From Zygnema circumcarinatum SAG 698-1b (taxonomy: Eukaryota; Plantae; Zygnematophyceae), in contig CM074809.1 in the NCBI GenBank assembly GCA_037447605.1, forward strand, positions 1,478,689-1,542,688: a stretch of 64,000 nt of DNA. The letters are read 5' to 3'. Shown here in pieces: positions 38,405-49,900 of the stretch. Within the stretch, counting starts at the first letter, position 1, and each line of letters begins with the position of its first letter. The notes under the pieces were generated by a model. It saw only the letters and a program-made list of their open reading frames with translations, made no database searches and was not told the origin of the DNA. The position numbers and the translations under genes are program-made.

Positions 38405-38673
38405 GTCTCGCCATTGGAACACGTTCGACTATTTATATCGTCCACAACGAAGTGAGGACGGCCCTGCAAGTAAGTGCAAGAGCTTCGCTTGCAAGAGGAG
38501 GCCGCTTAGAGCATTCGCGCGCAAATACTGAGCGCACTCGTACGAATACTACTAATGCGAAGCGAAGGAGATGTTATTATTGATCCTCTTGATGATTTTT
38601 ACGGATATCAGGCCATGATCAGTTTGTTGAATCGCAGTATTCGCGCTTGTTGATTGTATCCAATAATCCAGAC

Positions 38674-41232
38674 ATGTCATTTCTTCAAACAAATCTTGGC
38701 TTCAAAAAGCTTAACGTGAATCGGGGAGAGGGATCTGGTATTCCACGTTTTGCACCGTTACAAAGGTCAGGCTAAATTCATGTTTACAGTAAAATTCTGC
38801 ATGCAGAGAGAGGAACTTGAGTCTGTTCTATCCAGTGCACTGTCCCGAGGGAGCATATGCTATTTTTACCCTTTATTGACGTCGTGAATCATGCGTGCTC
38901 CCTTCACTTTCAGAGATGGACGAAGACATGAGAGACTGGCTTTCTTGTGATGGTCTTGTTGTCGTTCAGGGCATCATCAGGACGGAGCCGTATGTCGCAG
39001 CAGAATGCAGTCGGCGGAGAAAACGTTGCTGAAAGCGCAGTCGCACAGAATTCTTCAAGATTTGTCAGCAATCTTACTCAAAGCCAGCAGTCCGCTTCTC
39101 AAGGACTGACACAGTCGCAAGGGGCTCCATTGTCGCAAAACTCACAGGACGACCATCCGAGTATCAGCGAAGTATGCACAGTTTTCTCAAACGTCTCTCT
39201 TTTAGCAGAAGGGTCATGTGGCTGCTGTCCACGGCTGTCAAAATAATAGTCAGCACTTGCTTGAGGATTGTGTTTCAGCTGCTCAATAAGTTATGATGAA
39301 AGGATTTACAGTCAATATTTTCTCCTGCCACGTGACATTGCTTGCGAGCGTTTTCTACTTCAGACCATGTGTATTTGTACTTTTCGCCCTGCTGCATAGG
39401 TAGAAGACCAACATCGCTGGCCGAATGAACTATGGAGCCGAACCTGCTCGTCCGTCGTTTACACTATGCAGCTTAAAAAATCAATCTAACTCCACGCCGA
39501 TGGTTCCTTTTCCTCTTTTGGATTCTTGCAGACACTTGGCCGTCCAAAGGATCCTAACTTTCGAAAGCTCCTCCCACATCTGGCAGCGTACATCACCGCA
39601 CAGGCTGGAGGTTCCAAGACGGAATCTGACTGTAAATCCACATCAGTGCAGGCAGCTCCTTTCAATCAACAGGCATTGAGCCTTGTTGCAAGTTCCAAGA
39701 GTTGTACGTCGTCCATGATGCTGATCGAACTCACAAATCTGTCATGTTTTGCTCTCACTCAAGAAAAATCACAACGTTTTTAAAACGTTTTTTAGACTGA
39801 TTGCGGGATCATGAAGTAGAACTTAGCATCTCGAATCAAGCCGTATGAATTTCCGAGCGTAGGCTTAATCTGGCCTGCCATGACTCTAAAATTTGGTGAC
39901 GCAGGCTCTCAATGCGCTGAGTTACGACAGTCAATAGATGGACTCGGCAACCAGTGTGCGAACATGGGCACTCTGCTCTCCTCACTTCAGCTCGAGCTGG
40001 AGCAGGTGAAGAGATCTTTGACAAAAAGTCGTGCAACAGGTAAGTGTGGATACCATAAGGTGACAGTAAACACTTCGACTTTATTGTAGCAGCAGTTCCT
40101 GAAGTGTCAGATATTTGAGTTTTGCAAGGTTTCATTGAACTATGTGTAGGAGATGAGTTTGAAGAGGACGTGAAGGAGCAGCTTGAACGTCAGAACAAGA
40201 TGCTGAAATCGATGGTAAGCATTGAAGAGCAGATAATCCTTTTGTACTAGTCCCCTTTCTCAATGTATGTTCAATGCTTCTGCTGCTAGTGCCGCTCCTC
40301 CTTTGTCTGCTCTTTGCTTGATTGTTTGTGCCAGCTCAATGCCTTTTCTATTCAGCTGGTCTCAGATTCTTGGTCATTACTCAGATGTACTTGTTCAGCA
40401 GTCAATATGGTTTGGTTATGGCGACCCTGTTAAAGCCACTATCACATTTCTTGACACGTGCGATCTGGCTCGTCTCAGATGAATAATGAAGCTGCCTGGA
40501 AAGATCAGCTGAACGATTCATTAAATAAAATGCAAAAGGTGTTCAAAAAGGAACTCAATCAAACTGCAGAGGAGATAATGGAGCAACTCCAACGAACCAC
40601 GAAGGCGAGAATGAAGGTTTTTTTTGCTGTCCTGTTTCTATGGAGGATTTCAGGAGTTCGTTTCCTTATAGATATTTCTAAGCATTCTGGTTGCTCCGCC
40701 AAAATCTGATATTCTTTCAGGAGAATCCTGGCGTGGTAGTCAACTTTTTCACTTTCGATTTGTTTCCTCCCGTCTTTACAGGCCTGCCCTCGCGCATTGC
40801 CTCTTCCACAGAGAGGGCTGACTGTACTAAACTATGAAGAAGAAGATTATGACGATTTCTTAGGTAAGTCGACTGGAATCGAATCTATATGCGATTTCTT
40901 TTTTATCTGCAAATTTCGGGTTGTTTCCTATTGCTTGTTGGTTTTGTGCTTGTTACAAAACTGGAATGCATAAACAGAATCACTTTGTGGTCTGCTGCAT
41001 CACTTGAAGCGTCATGAATCACTTTCCAACCTTCCAACAGAGGTGTGCTACCTCACTTCGATAATCTTCACTGGATCGCTTTCATCTCCTCATTGCAGGT
41101 CAAAGTCAACCACAACCAAAGACACTGGAGATCAAATCAATTCAAGATCCGTATGAAAACTGCAATCAAGATGATGAGATACGGAGGATGATGATAAGGG
41201 CTCGTAGAAAGCGGCAGCGCTCGGCTCATTGA
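38674..41232 (+). CDS. PRD3: PRD3/PAIR1 (Mer2/IHO1 family)-like meiotic double-strand-break coiled-coil protein
   Basis: About 9 phase-consistent exons. N-terminal SQ/TQ cluster (LTQSQQSASQGLTQSQGAPLSQNSQ); central heptads (ELRQSIDGLGNQCANMGTLLSSLQLELEQVKRSL ... MQKVFKKEL); acidic VLNYEEEDYDDFL; terminal basic helix DDEIRRMMIRARRKRQR. This follows the architecture of PRD3/PAIR1 as recalled; no alignment was run. Confidence 0.6.
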
Positions 41233-42131
41233 CTGATGCTGTTCTCGTCTTTCGGCATTCAACAAAGATTACGGTAAGTCCCAGGATAGGAGACAGTTGT
41301 ACGGGCATTCTTGTTCTGGCTGCAGCCAGCCTCAAGTCCTACCTAAGGATTACTGCGTGCAGGAGCTTCCAAGGGCTTCCTATTAATTTCCTGGAAGATG
41401 AAGATGACGATAAGGTTATAAGCAGGAATTCTGCTGTAGATCTAGCCAAGGTGCGGGTGGACGACTGATTGTTTGATTTATTGTAGTCATATGACGGACT
41501 CGACCATGTTAGGAAGCTTTAAACGAAATTGATGAGTCGGACTCTCCTGTACCTCGAGTACAGAGGCGAGTAAGCGTTTACAATTCTTAAACGGTAACGA
41601 CGAGCAGGATTTACGCTGTCTCAGAAGTTTGTTCCTTAAGTTGACTATCGCACGTCTATCTACTATTTTTTGTCTACTTTTGGTTATTGCGGTAGTTGGG
41701 TCAGTTGATCATTTGCTCCTTGACTTGCACTCCAATTTATCCACTTTTGGTACGTTGTTGTAATGGCAAATGTTTGAGGGCTCTTTCGCAATCCAACGAC
41801 GTCGCCATGACGAATCATCTTTGAGCATCACCGTACACTCGTGCACAATTGTATGGCAAAAACAGCCTGTCGACGGATGCCATTTGATCATGCCAGCGTA
41901 AACTACGTCGGCTTTGCAGCAACAGCAGTGTTCAGTGTTGCAAATGCATAATGATTGCATGGCATGAGGACATCAACATATCAGATGTTGCACCATGCAC
42001 CATTGTTGTTGTTGCATGGCCATGTCATATGCTACAGTTCTACATTCCCCCAATTTCCACGCTGATCAGCCCACTCCATGTGACGAGCTAACGCGACTTG
42101 ACCAGCCGACGGAGCATGGCGCGCCCTCCAC

Positions 42132-42164
42132 GTACAGTACTGTACAGTATGGTACGTACTGTAC
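42132..42164. repeat. Dense GTAC cluster including the 14-bp palindrome GTACAGTACTGTAC
   Basis: GTAC at 42132, 42137, 42142, 42152, 42156, 42161. Confidence 0.85.
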
Positions 42165-43125
42165 GGCTCGCGGATTTGTCCCAGCTCCCAACTCCCAAGT
42201 CCAACCAATCCCCCACTGCGGTACCGTATGGGGGAACTTTCTGCCTCCGGGCGGGCAAACGTTTCGCCAGCCCGGGCCGCCGGCCCCCGGACAGGTCCAC
42301 TCTCCGCCGCGCCGTACAGTCCTCCCCAGCGCCGTCCTCATCATCATCACCCGCGGTCCAACGACAGGATATTCAAAATTCAAACGCTTTTTTGGCCCTT
42401 TGCCAAGTGGGAGGAACCACGCCCCGCGCCAGCCTGCCTCCCATCGCCAAAGCGAACTGCCGCGGTGCCGTACAGAGGCGCCGTGCACGATCGCAGCGAA
42501 CCCAGACCGAGTGCATGTTCCGCCCGCCTGTCCGTTGTGGGCGGGCGGGCGGGCAGGCAGACATGGTTCACGTGACGCGTAGCTCGCGCCAATCATTGCG
42601 TACTGCCGACCATGCCTGCATCCATCACTGTTGTGACGTCACTGCGTTATGCCGCGAATACCAGGGCATAGATCGACTATTTTACTACATTTTCCACTGA
42701 ACAGTGAGCACGGAACACTCCGTCGGTCGAGACCCATACCTTTTGCAGTTAACTCTCTCTGCGGTCGCGTGTCAAGAGCACAGAACCGTCTCACGCTGTT
42801 CCAAGCCCACCCGGTTGCGCCCCCGCCAACGGTTTCGTTCCGTGCCGCGTACCTTCCCTGCCTCCACCGTACAGTGCGCCCCCCCCCTCCAACGGCGTGC
42901 CGGCGTACCGGCGGCGGGCGGGCGGCAGTTCAAACAAAGTCCCGCCTGCCTGCCCGCCTGCCTCGGCCCGCGTGGAGGTCCCCCCCCCCGCGGGAGGCGG
43001 GCCGTTGCCCGCCCGTTCGTTGCGCGGCCGTCCCGTCCCGGCCTCGCCGGCCGGTACCGGTCGCGTACCGGCCGGTGGGCGCCGGCAGGCCCGGGCCGCG
43101 TGGTGGGGCCGTCCGCGGTCTCCCT

Positions 43126-43500
43126 CCACGTGGCGCGCGTGCACTGGCTCGCAACCGCCTCCCGTGCCACGTCGCGCCGCTAACTCTGCCGCCTACGGCC
43201 CCTCCATGCACCCGTCGTTAAACTGCAGGCGCCACGCTTTCCCCTTCCGTTCCATGCCCAGTCCCCGCCCCGTGAAACAGCCCCGCGCCCCCCGCTCCAT
43301 GTCCCGCGCCCGGCCGCCTGCGGACGCCGGCGAAGCGAGCCGCGCTGCGAACCGCGCGGCGATCCAAACCGCGCGGCGCGCGGTCGGGCGGGCGCCGTTG
43401 GTGATTGGGACGGGCCCTGACAGGGAGGGAGCGAGCGAGGGAGGGAGCGACCCGTCCGCCCGCCCGCCCTCGACGCGCCCTCCGCAACGCGCCACGTGGC
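43126..43500. promoter_or_regulatory. G-boxes in the GC-rich island upstream of GAE
   Basis: CCACGTGGC at 43126 and GCCACGTGGC at 43491. Confidence 0.45.
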
Positions 43501-44248
43501 CCGCCGGCGCGCTCCCTCCTGCGCCCTCTTCCCCCGCCCGGCTGCCCCCTTCTTCTTCAGCAGCAGCGCCCGCCCACCCTGTGCCTGCCAGCCTGCCTCC
43601 CTCCCTCCCTGCCTGTCTGCCTCGGCGGCCTCCGCCTCCCCGGGGGGGGCGCTGCGGAGGGGCGGTGGCGCGCGGCAAGAGATGTGCGCCAGAGACGGAC
43701 GGACTCGCGGCGGCCTCCCGCTAAGGTTTGCCACCGGCGAGCGTTCACACGTGGAGGGGCTTGCGACGGCAGCCCTTGCGAGACCAGGCACATTCCATGC
43801 TGTGCCCGCCAAGGTGAGCGCAGGCAAGGCGCCACCTTGCTTGTTTTTAGGGTTTCGGGTGAAAGGGTGCGGAGACTGACAAAGGAAGCGGCCATGGCGG
43901 GAGGGGCGCGTGTGCAGGTGGTGGGCGGTGTGGCGGCTGTGGTCTCGCATCCATCCAGCGGGCGGTAGGGGGGACTTCTTAGAGAGTGGAGGCACTGTGG
44001 GGACGCCGGGGGGGCTGAGGGAGAGGGAGAGAGAAAGAGAGAGGGGAAGAGACAGGGAGTGGGAAAAGGAGAGGGACCGAGACAGCCCGCATCAGAGGCT
44101 GCGTTCGCCCCTCAAGTCGCGCTCGGTCTCATCGCTTAGGTCAGCCCTAGAAGTAGAACTGGGGAGCAGTCCAGGGGGAGGGGGAGGGTCCTCAGGCGTC
44201 GTTGGGAGGAGCCCCTCCGCAGGAAGATTGAACGGATGCAGCGGCAGC

Positions 44249-46110
44249 ATGGGTTTGAACTCTCCCATGACGAGCGGAGGGCCTGCATCTCCAGATAGCA
44301 TTCCTTCCACGCCCGGGAAAGTGAAGGAGAAGACCTTTTTCCAGTGGTCCGCGCCGCGCGTGGGATGGTCTTTCACTTCAATCAGAATAGCAGCTATAGC
44401 GGGTCTTTTGCTCATTGCAGGAGTGGCATTCACATGCCGCTTTTCCGCAGGAGAGCCGAGCAGGCCTTCCCTCCTCAGCTTCGATCTTTCTTTGCCGGGC
44501 AAAGGGCCCCGCAAACTGTGGGGAGGTCCGGAATGGGAGCAGAAAGTCAAACTGTCCGGGCGGCCGAGGCGGCCCGAGAGGCTTGTAGTACTGGTGACGG
44601 GGGCGGCGGGCTTTGTGGGCTCTCATCTCGCTCTCGCTCTCAAGAAGAGGGGCGACGGCGTGGTGGGGTTAGACAACTTCAATTCCTACTATGATCCTGC
44701 GCTTAAGCGCGACCGGCAGGAGCATCTCCGGCAGCACAGCATCTTCATAGCGGAGGGAGACATCAACGACGGCGAGCTTCTCACGCGCCTCTTTCAGCTC
44801 GTGCAGTTCAGCCACGTGGCTCACATGGCAGCGCAGGCAGGGGTCCGTTATGCGTTGGAAAATCCCGCGTCTTATATTCATAGCAACGTCGCGGGGTGGG
44901 TGAGCGTGCTGGAGGCCTGCAAGAGGGCCGTTCCGCAGCCGGCCATAGTATGGGCGTCATCAAGCAGCGTCTATGGTCTTAACACGAAGGTTCCCTTCTC
45001 TGAGACAGACCGCACAGACCAACCGGCCAGCCTCTACGCAGCAACTAAGAAGGCTGGGGAGGAGATAGCACATACCTACAACCACATTTATGGCCTTTCG
45101 CTCACAGCGTTGCGTTTTTTTACTGTGTATGGTCCTTGGGGCCGTCCTGACATGGCGTACTTCTCGTTCACACAAAATATTCTGGACGGCAAATTGATAA
45201 AGGTCTACCAGGGCGTCAACAAGGTGCGTTCAGCTATGTCGCTGGAAGGAAATGTCCGGTTTTTAGTTTTACGCGATGCTCCTGTCAGTATTTTAAGGAA
45301 ACCTTTCTGTTTGACCTAAATTGCGAGACGAGACTTATGTCCTGCAGCGGATCTCTAAAAGCTTTGTCTACTTAGCATGCTTTGCCGTAAGAGTTAGGCG
45401 GTGTCTTTGATGAGTAAAGTACGCATAGTACAGGTTAGCGTGATTGCTCATAGTAGCCGAAGCAGCCAGAGGGTTACGGTTGCTTGTCTTCTTCCCGCCC
45501 TCCGTCCCCGTCCCTCTATCTGCATTTGTATGTCTTTCACTGCAACTCCCCCCTCCTGCCATCACTGAGTGAGCCATGGGCACATCATCACATAATGCAT
45601 CCATCCTGCTTTACCCAGAAATTGGACAAACCCTCGGACTTTGTTCTTGTGATGTCGTATGGGCTGTAGACGGATCTGGCCCGGGACTTCACATACATCG
45701 ATGATATCATCCGCGGGTGCGTAGCGGCTCTGGACACAGCGCTGGCGAGCACGGGCAGCGGAGGGAAGAAGCGCGGCCCCGCGCAGCTGCGCACCTTCAA
45801 CTTGGGCAACACGCAGCCCGTGTCGGTGCCGGACCTCGTATCGCTGCTCGAGCGGCAGCTCAAGGTGAAGGCGCAGAAGCATTTCGTGAAGATGCCTCGC
45901 AATGGCGATGTGCCATTCACGCATGCCAATGTGACTCGAGCGCAGCTGGAGTTGGCCTACCGGCCTTCCACCAACTTGAAGACGGGGGTGAAGCAATTTG
46001 TGAAGTGGTATATGAGCTATTACGGTGACAGAGAAGATGGGGTAGAGGATAGTGGTAGAAAAATTCACAGTAGTGTAGGAAAGCAGAGTAGTTTGCAGGG
46101 CACTTCGTGA
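44249..46110 (+). CDS. GAE: UDP-D-glucuronate 4-epimerase (Golgi type II membrane SDR), 2 exons
   Basis: Exons 44249-45223 and 45670-46110. Motifs: PSTPGK, TM segment IAAIAGLLLIAGVAF, WGGPEWEQKV, VTGAAGFVGSH, AAQAGVRY, ASSSSVYG, YAATKKA, RFFTVYGPWGRPDMAY, RDFTYIDD, FNLGN. The start codon may lie further upstream. Confidence 0.96.
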
Positions 46111-46948
46111 GTCCTTCATTAGCTGTAGATGCATCGCCAGCTCTGGAGGCTGCTAACGCCTCCTCTTGGGCGCATCCATACCCTCTCTCTCGTCCCGCCC
46201 TGTTTGGCGCATAAGGGCGGCAATGCCACGGGCGCAAGCCCCCTCTTGCCGTCTACTCTCCACTACTAATAAAGCATCAGTGCGCAGCACTGCTGGCTAC
46301 CTTCCCCCCCCCCCTCTTCCCCCTCTCCTTGGGCGCCAAGTGCCTGGTTTAGGAATGGTTGGCTCAACTGTTTTATGTTCCGCGCTAAGCACAGGCCTGT
46401 TGTGTATGTCGGCGGGTCGTGGTCGCCTAACTGTAAAGACTGGATGGTTCTCAGTCGTTAGTCGGCAGCAGGAGCGGCATCGGGGTGTTGCTGCTCGATA
46501 TTAATAACACGAATTTTTTATAGGCCATTGCTTAATTTCGAGTAGATCTGTAAGTCCGTCGATCAGTACAGTAATTGAATCTGCTTCTATTTCAAATTCC
46601 ACCTCTGCAACCTCCATTGCACCTCTGGACGTGGTGTACCTTGGTGATGGCTTCTTGGGACACGTGGTGAGATTTTTTATGACTTGGCTGATTTCTAGTC
46701 AATTTCTGCAGTGTATACTTTGCGTCAATTTGCACTCTGTGCAAACAGATGGAGGGTTCTTTTCTCCAGAAATTTTACCAGCCTGTCTGTTCAGTGTCCA
46801 TGCGTATGTCCTCAGGAGAGTGACGGAAAATGCTTTTTCAATCCAAATCAAAGCTAATCTCAAGCAGGGACGATACCAAGTAAACACATCCACAGCAAAC
46901 ATGATCCAGAACCAACACGCTTACACAGATAACGGCAACTTTGACACT

Positions 46949-49900
46949 TTACTGCATATCTTCTGCCAAACAGTTAAAAGCGGTATCTAACTTGGCCCGC
47001 ACATGCTTGTGGAGAAACTGGCGAGCACTTCTCAAATGTTCCAAACCGGGCTCCGCCTGTTGAAGCGCCTCGAGTGTCCAGCCCTCCGTCCCTGCTCCCC
47101 CCCGCAATTGCTCCACCAAGAAGCGCGCAAGCAGAGGCAGCGCTGTGCTCCAAACCGCCAGCCCCGGATGGACCCTCAGACAGACCTCCGCCAGAGAGCT
47201 CGCCAGACCATATTGCCGCACAACAGTGAGCTCCGCCACAGCGCAGGGGAGGGCGAGTGCAAATAGCGGCCCGGCCTCCGCCCCCTGCTCCTCTACTCTC
47301 CGGCCTGTGATATGGGCTTGAGGGTGAGATTGAGATTGGGCTGCAAGGTGCTCTTGGCGCTGCCTCACCAAGGGCCCTAAAGCATGCAGCACGGCAAGCA
47401 GTAGATCAACATGTTCCGTCTCTGCAGCCAACATTGGCAGGACCCCGCTAGCCAATACCAGCAGCACCACCTCTCGGTCGACCACAGTAACATCCTTCGC
47501 GTCTGATAAAGGAGCATCACCACACGACGAATCATTCTTCATAGCATCTTGTAGCCACCTGATTGCGGAAGAGTGAAGCTTCCGATAGGGCAGGAGGAGG
47601 GCAACTTTAGCTGCCAATGCACGTTTGCACTGGATACGCTCGAGGACGTCCTGTGCCTCTCCCTCTGTCAATAGCGCGAGATCTGAGGACAAGTGAGGTG
47701 CTGCTGCATCTAACGCTGCCATTGCTCGCAGGACCTGTTTGCCCTCTCCCAGAAGCAGACCCGGCAGCAGCATCGCCCAGCATCGGTGGAGGGGGTGAAG
47801 GGGCCATCTCTCCTCCCCATCACCTCCAAGAGCACCCCATCCATCTCCCCACTCGTCATTGTGAGCCCTTTCACTCCCTTCTTCGCCTCCTTGGCTTCTC
47901 CCGTGCAGGACCTCTCCCCATATGTCTAAGAGGTTCAGCAGCGCCGCTGTATGCTCTGCAGACGTTGCCGTACTGTGCAGGCGAACAAACAAAGCTTCTG
48001 CTGCTACAGTGGATGCTACATCCTGCGCTACAAGTTCGATGTCTGGCCAGAGAGGCACAACTGCTTCCGCTGACCTCATAAGCAACAAAGCAGCAGGTCC
48101 AATGTGAGCATCCACCTCATCCACACTAGCCATGTCTGCGACTTCCGGAGCCCACCTTCCCCACTTTCCCCCTCCATCTCTCGCCCTTGACAACCTCCTA
48201 TTCGGCGTCCACCGGTCCTGCTTTATCCCTCTGATCTCCTCCAGGTCTGGGGCGATAATCTCCAGCAGCTGAAGCAACTGAATACGTGATATTCGTTTCC
48301 TTTCCACATCTGCAGCAGCTTGGCACAACCGTCGCCAGAGGCTGCTCCGAAGGGTCCGCAAGAGCCGCAAATATGCAGGAGGATGCTGTGAGCTACTCTC
48401 ATCTTTCAAGGATGTCACAGCCCCCTCCACTGCTTGCAACCCTTCGCTGTTATCTGTTGCGAGGGCTCTGTCAGATACAGCCGCATAGAGAGCATGAAGA
48501 TCAGTCGGGAGGGGTTCATCAACTGCAGCAGGCAAGGGGGGCTTTTCTTCTGGTTGAAGTGAAGTTTGGCGTACAGACCCTGAAAGGACTTCACTGTCTG
48601 ATAGTCTTTCTTCACTCTCTGTCTTCACAGTAGGCACTAACTTCCCTGCTCCTGTTGAGCCTTTTACACTTCCATCCACAGCCCCTGATGAATTGCTTAT
48701 TCGAACCACACCCAGTTTGCCACCCCCTCGTCCTTTACGCTTTGCCAAGGACACACTGCTTAACCGACTTCGACCGTCTACTGAGCTTGTAGCATGGCTA
48801 AGAGTAGGCTTGCTCGTTTCTGGTGAAGTAGCCACAGGAGTTAATTGACGACTCCTGCTCGTCTCTGCCGGAGGAGGGATTGCCGGGTTTGAAAGCGGCT
48901 TCCACGGTCCATACACAGTCTCCATGAAGTTCAAGATGGATAGCAGAGAGCACCCATTTGCGATCATTGCTTCCATAGTGGCCGCCCCTACCTTTACCGA
49001 CTCTGCTCCGTTATCCCGAAGAGGGTCCACTGCTTCCATGGCTGCCCGTGCCTGCGAAGGAGAGATACGACCTCCCTCGAGGAGACTTCGACAAGCTCGC
49101 AAGGAGGCCATGGCTTCCACAAGCCGAGCTTTATCCTCTTCGGCTGAATTGGGGCCCAAGAGCTGCATAGCATCCTCAACAACCGCTTCCCAAAGTAGCA
49201 AAGGAGGGTCTTCTGCTGAGATGCTGTCCTTCACCACAACCTGCAAAAACTCTTTCAAATCTGTTGCTTTTAATTTGCACAAATACCTTCGGCATGCGCC
49301 ATAGCCGTCAAAGGAACTGCTTTGACGTTCTTGCAAGGAGCTGCTCCACATGGACCGTACAAGGGAGAGGTAGATGGCCTCCTGCGAGGGCAGCAGGGAC
49401 GCTTCGTTGTGTCCTAACTCTGCCAGATGTGCCGCCAACCCTGCGAGGGTGTCTACATTGGCGGGAGTGAGATGTGCCTCTATCTCCCCCAGTGCTTCCG
49501 AACACTGCGACTCGTGCCACTGCACGCACCGCAGAAAGTCGAGCCTTGGGGCCGCTTCACTAAGGCGGAGACATTCATGTTCATACGTTTTAAGGGCTGC
49601 GAGCCGCTCTGCTAGAGAACTTTCAGCAGGGAAGAGGGCAGTTGGAAGCTGCTCCTTCAAGTTGAGTTCTTGGTGGGTTTTTTGCAGAGAGCGGTATCCT
49701 TGAGAGAGGAGGGAGAAGCAGTACGCAAGGCGAGCATGGCGGGAGCCGCTGAGTTGGGGGAGGACGGACTTTTGAAGGAGCTTTACAAACTGAAGAGGAT
49801 TTGCTAGGAGGGTGTCCTCTTGGCTTGATACTTCTGCCTCTACCTCATCCGTCTGCCAGTCACTCAGTAGTAACGCTTCCACATGCGCCAAATGGACCTG

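Noticed and set aside
41995-43995. Many overlapping 100-275 aa ORFs on both strands
   Set aside because: GC island upstream of GAE; low-complexity translations in all frames with no coherent exon structure.
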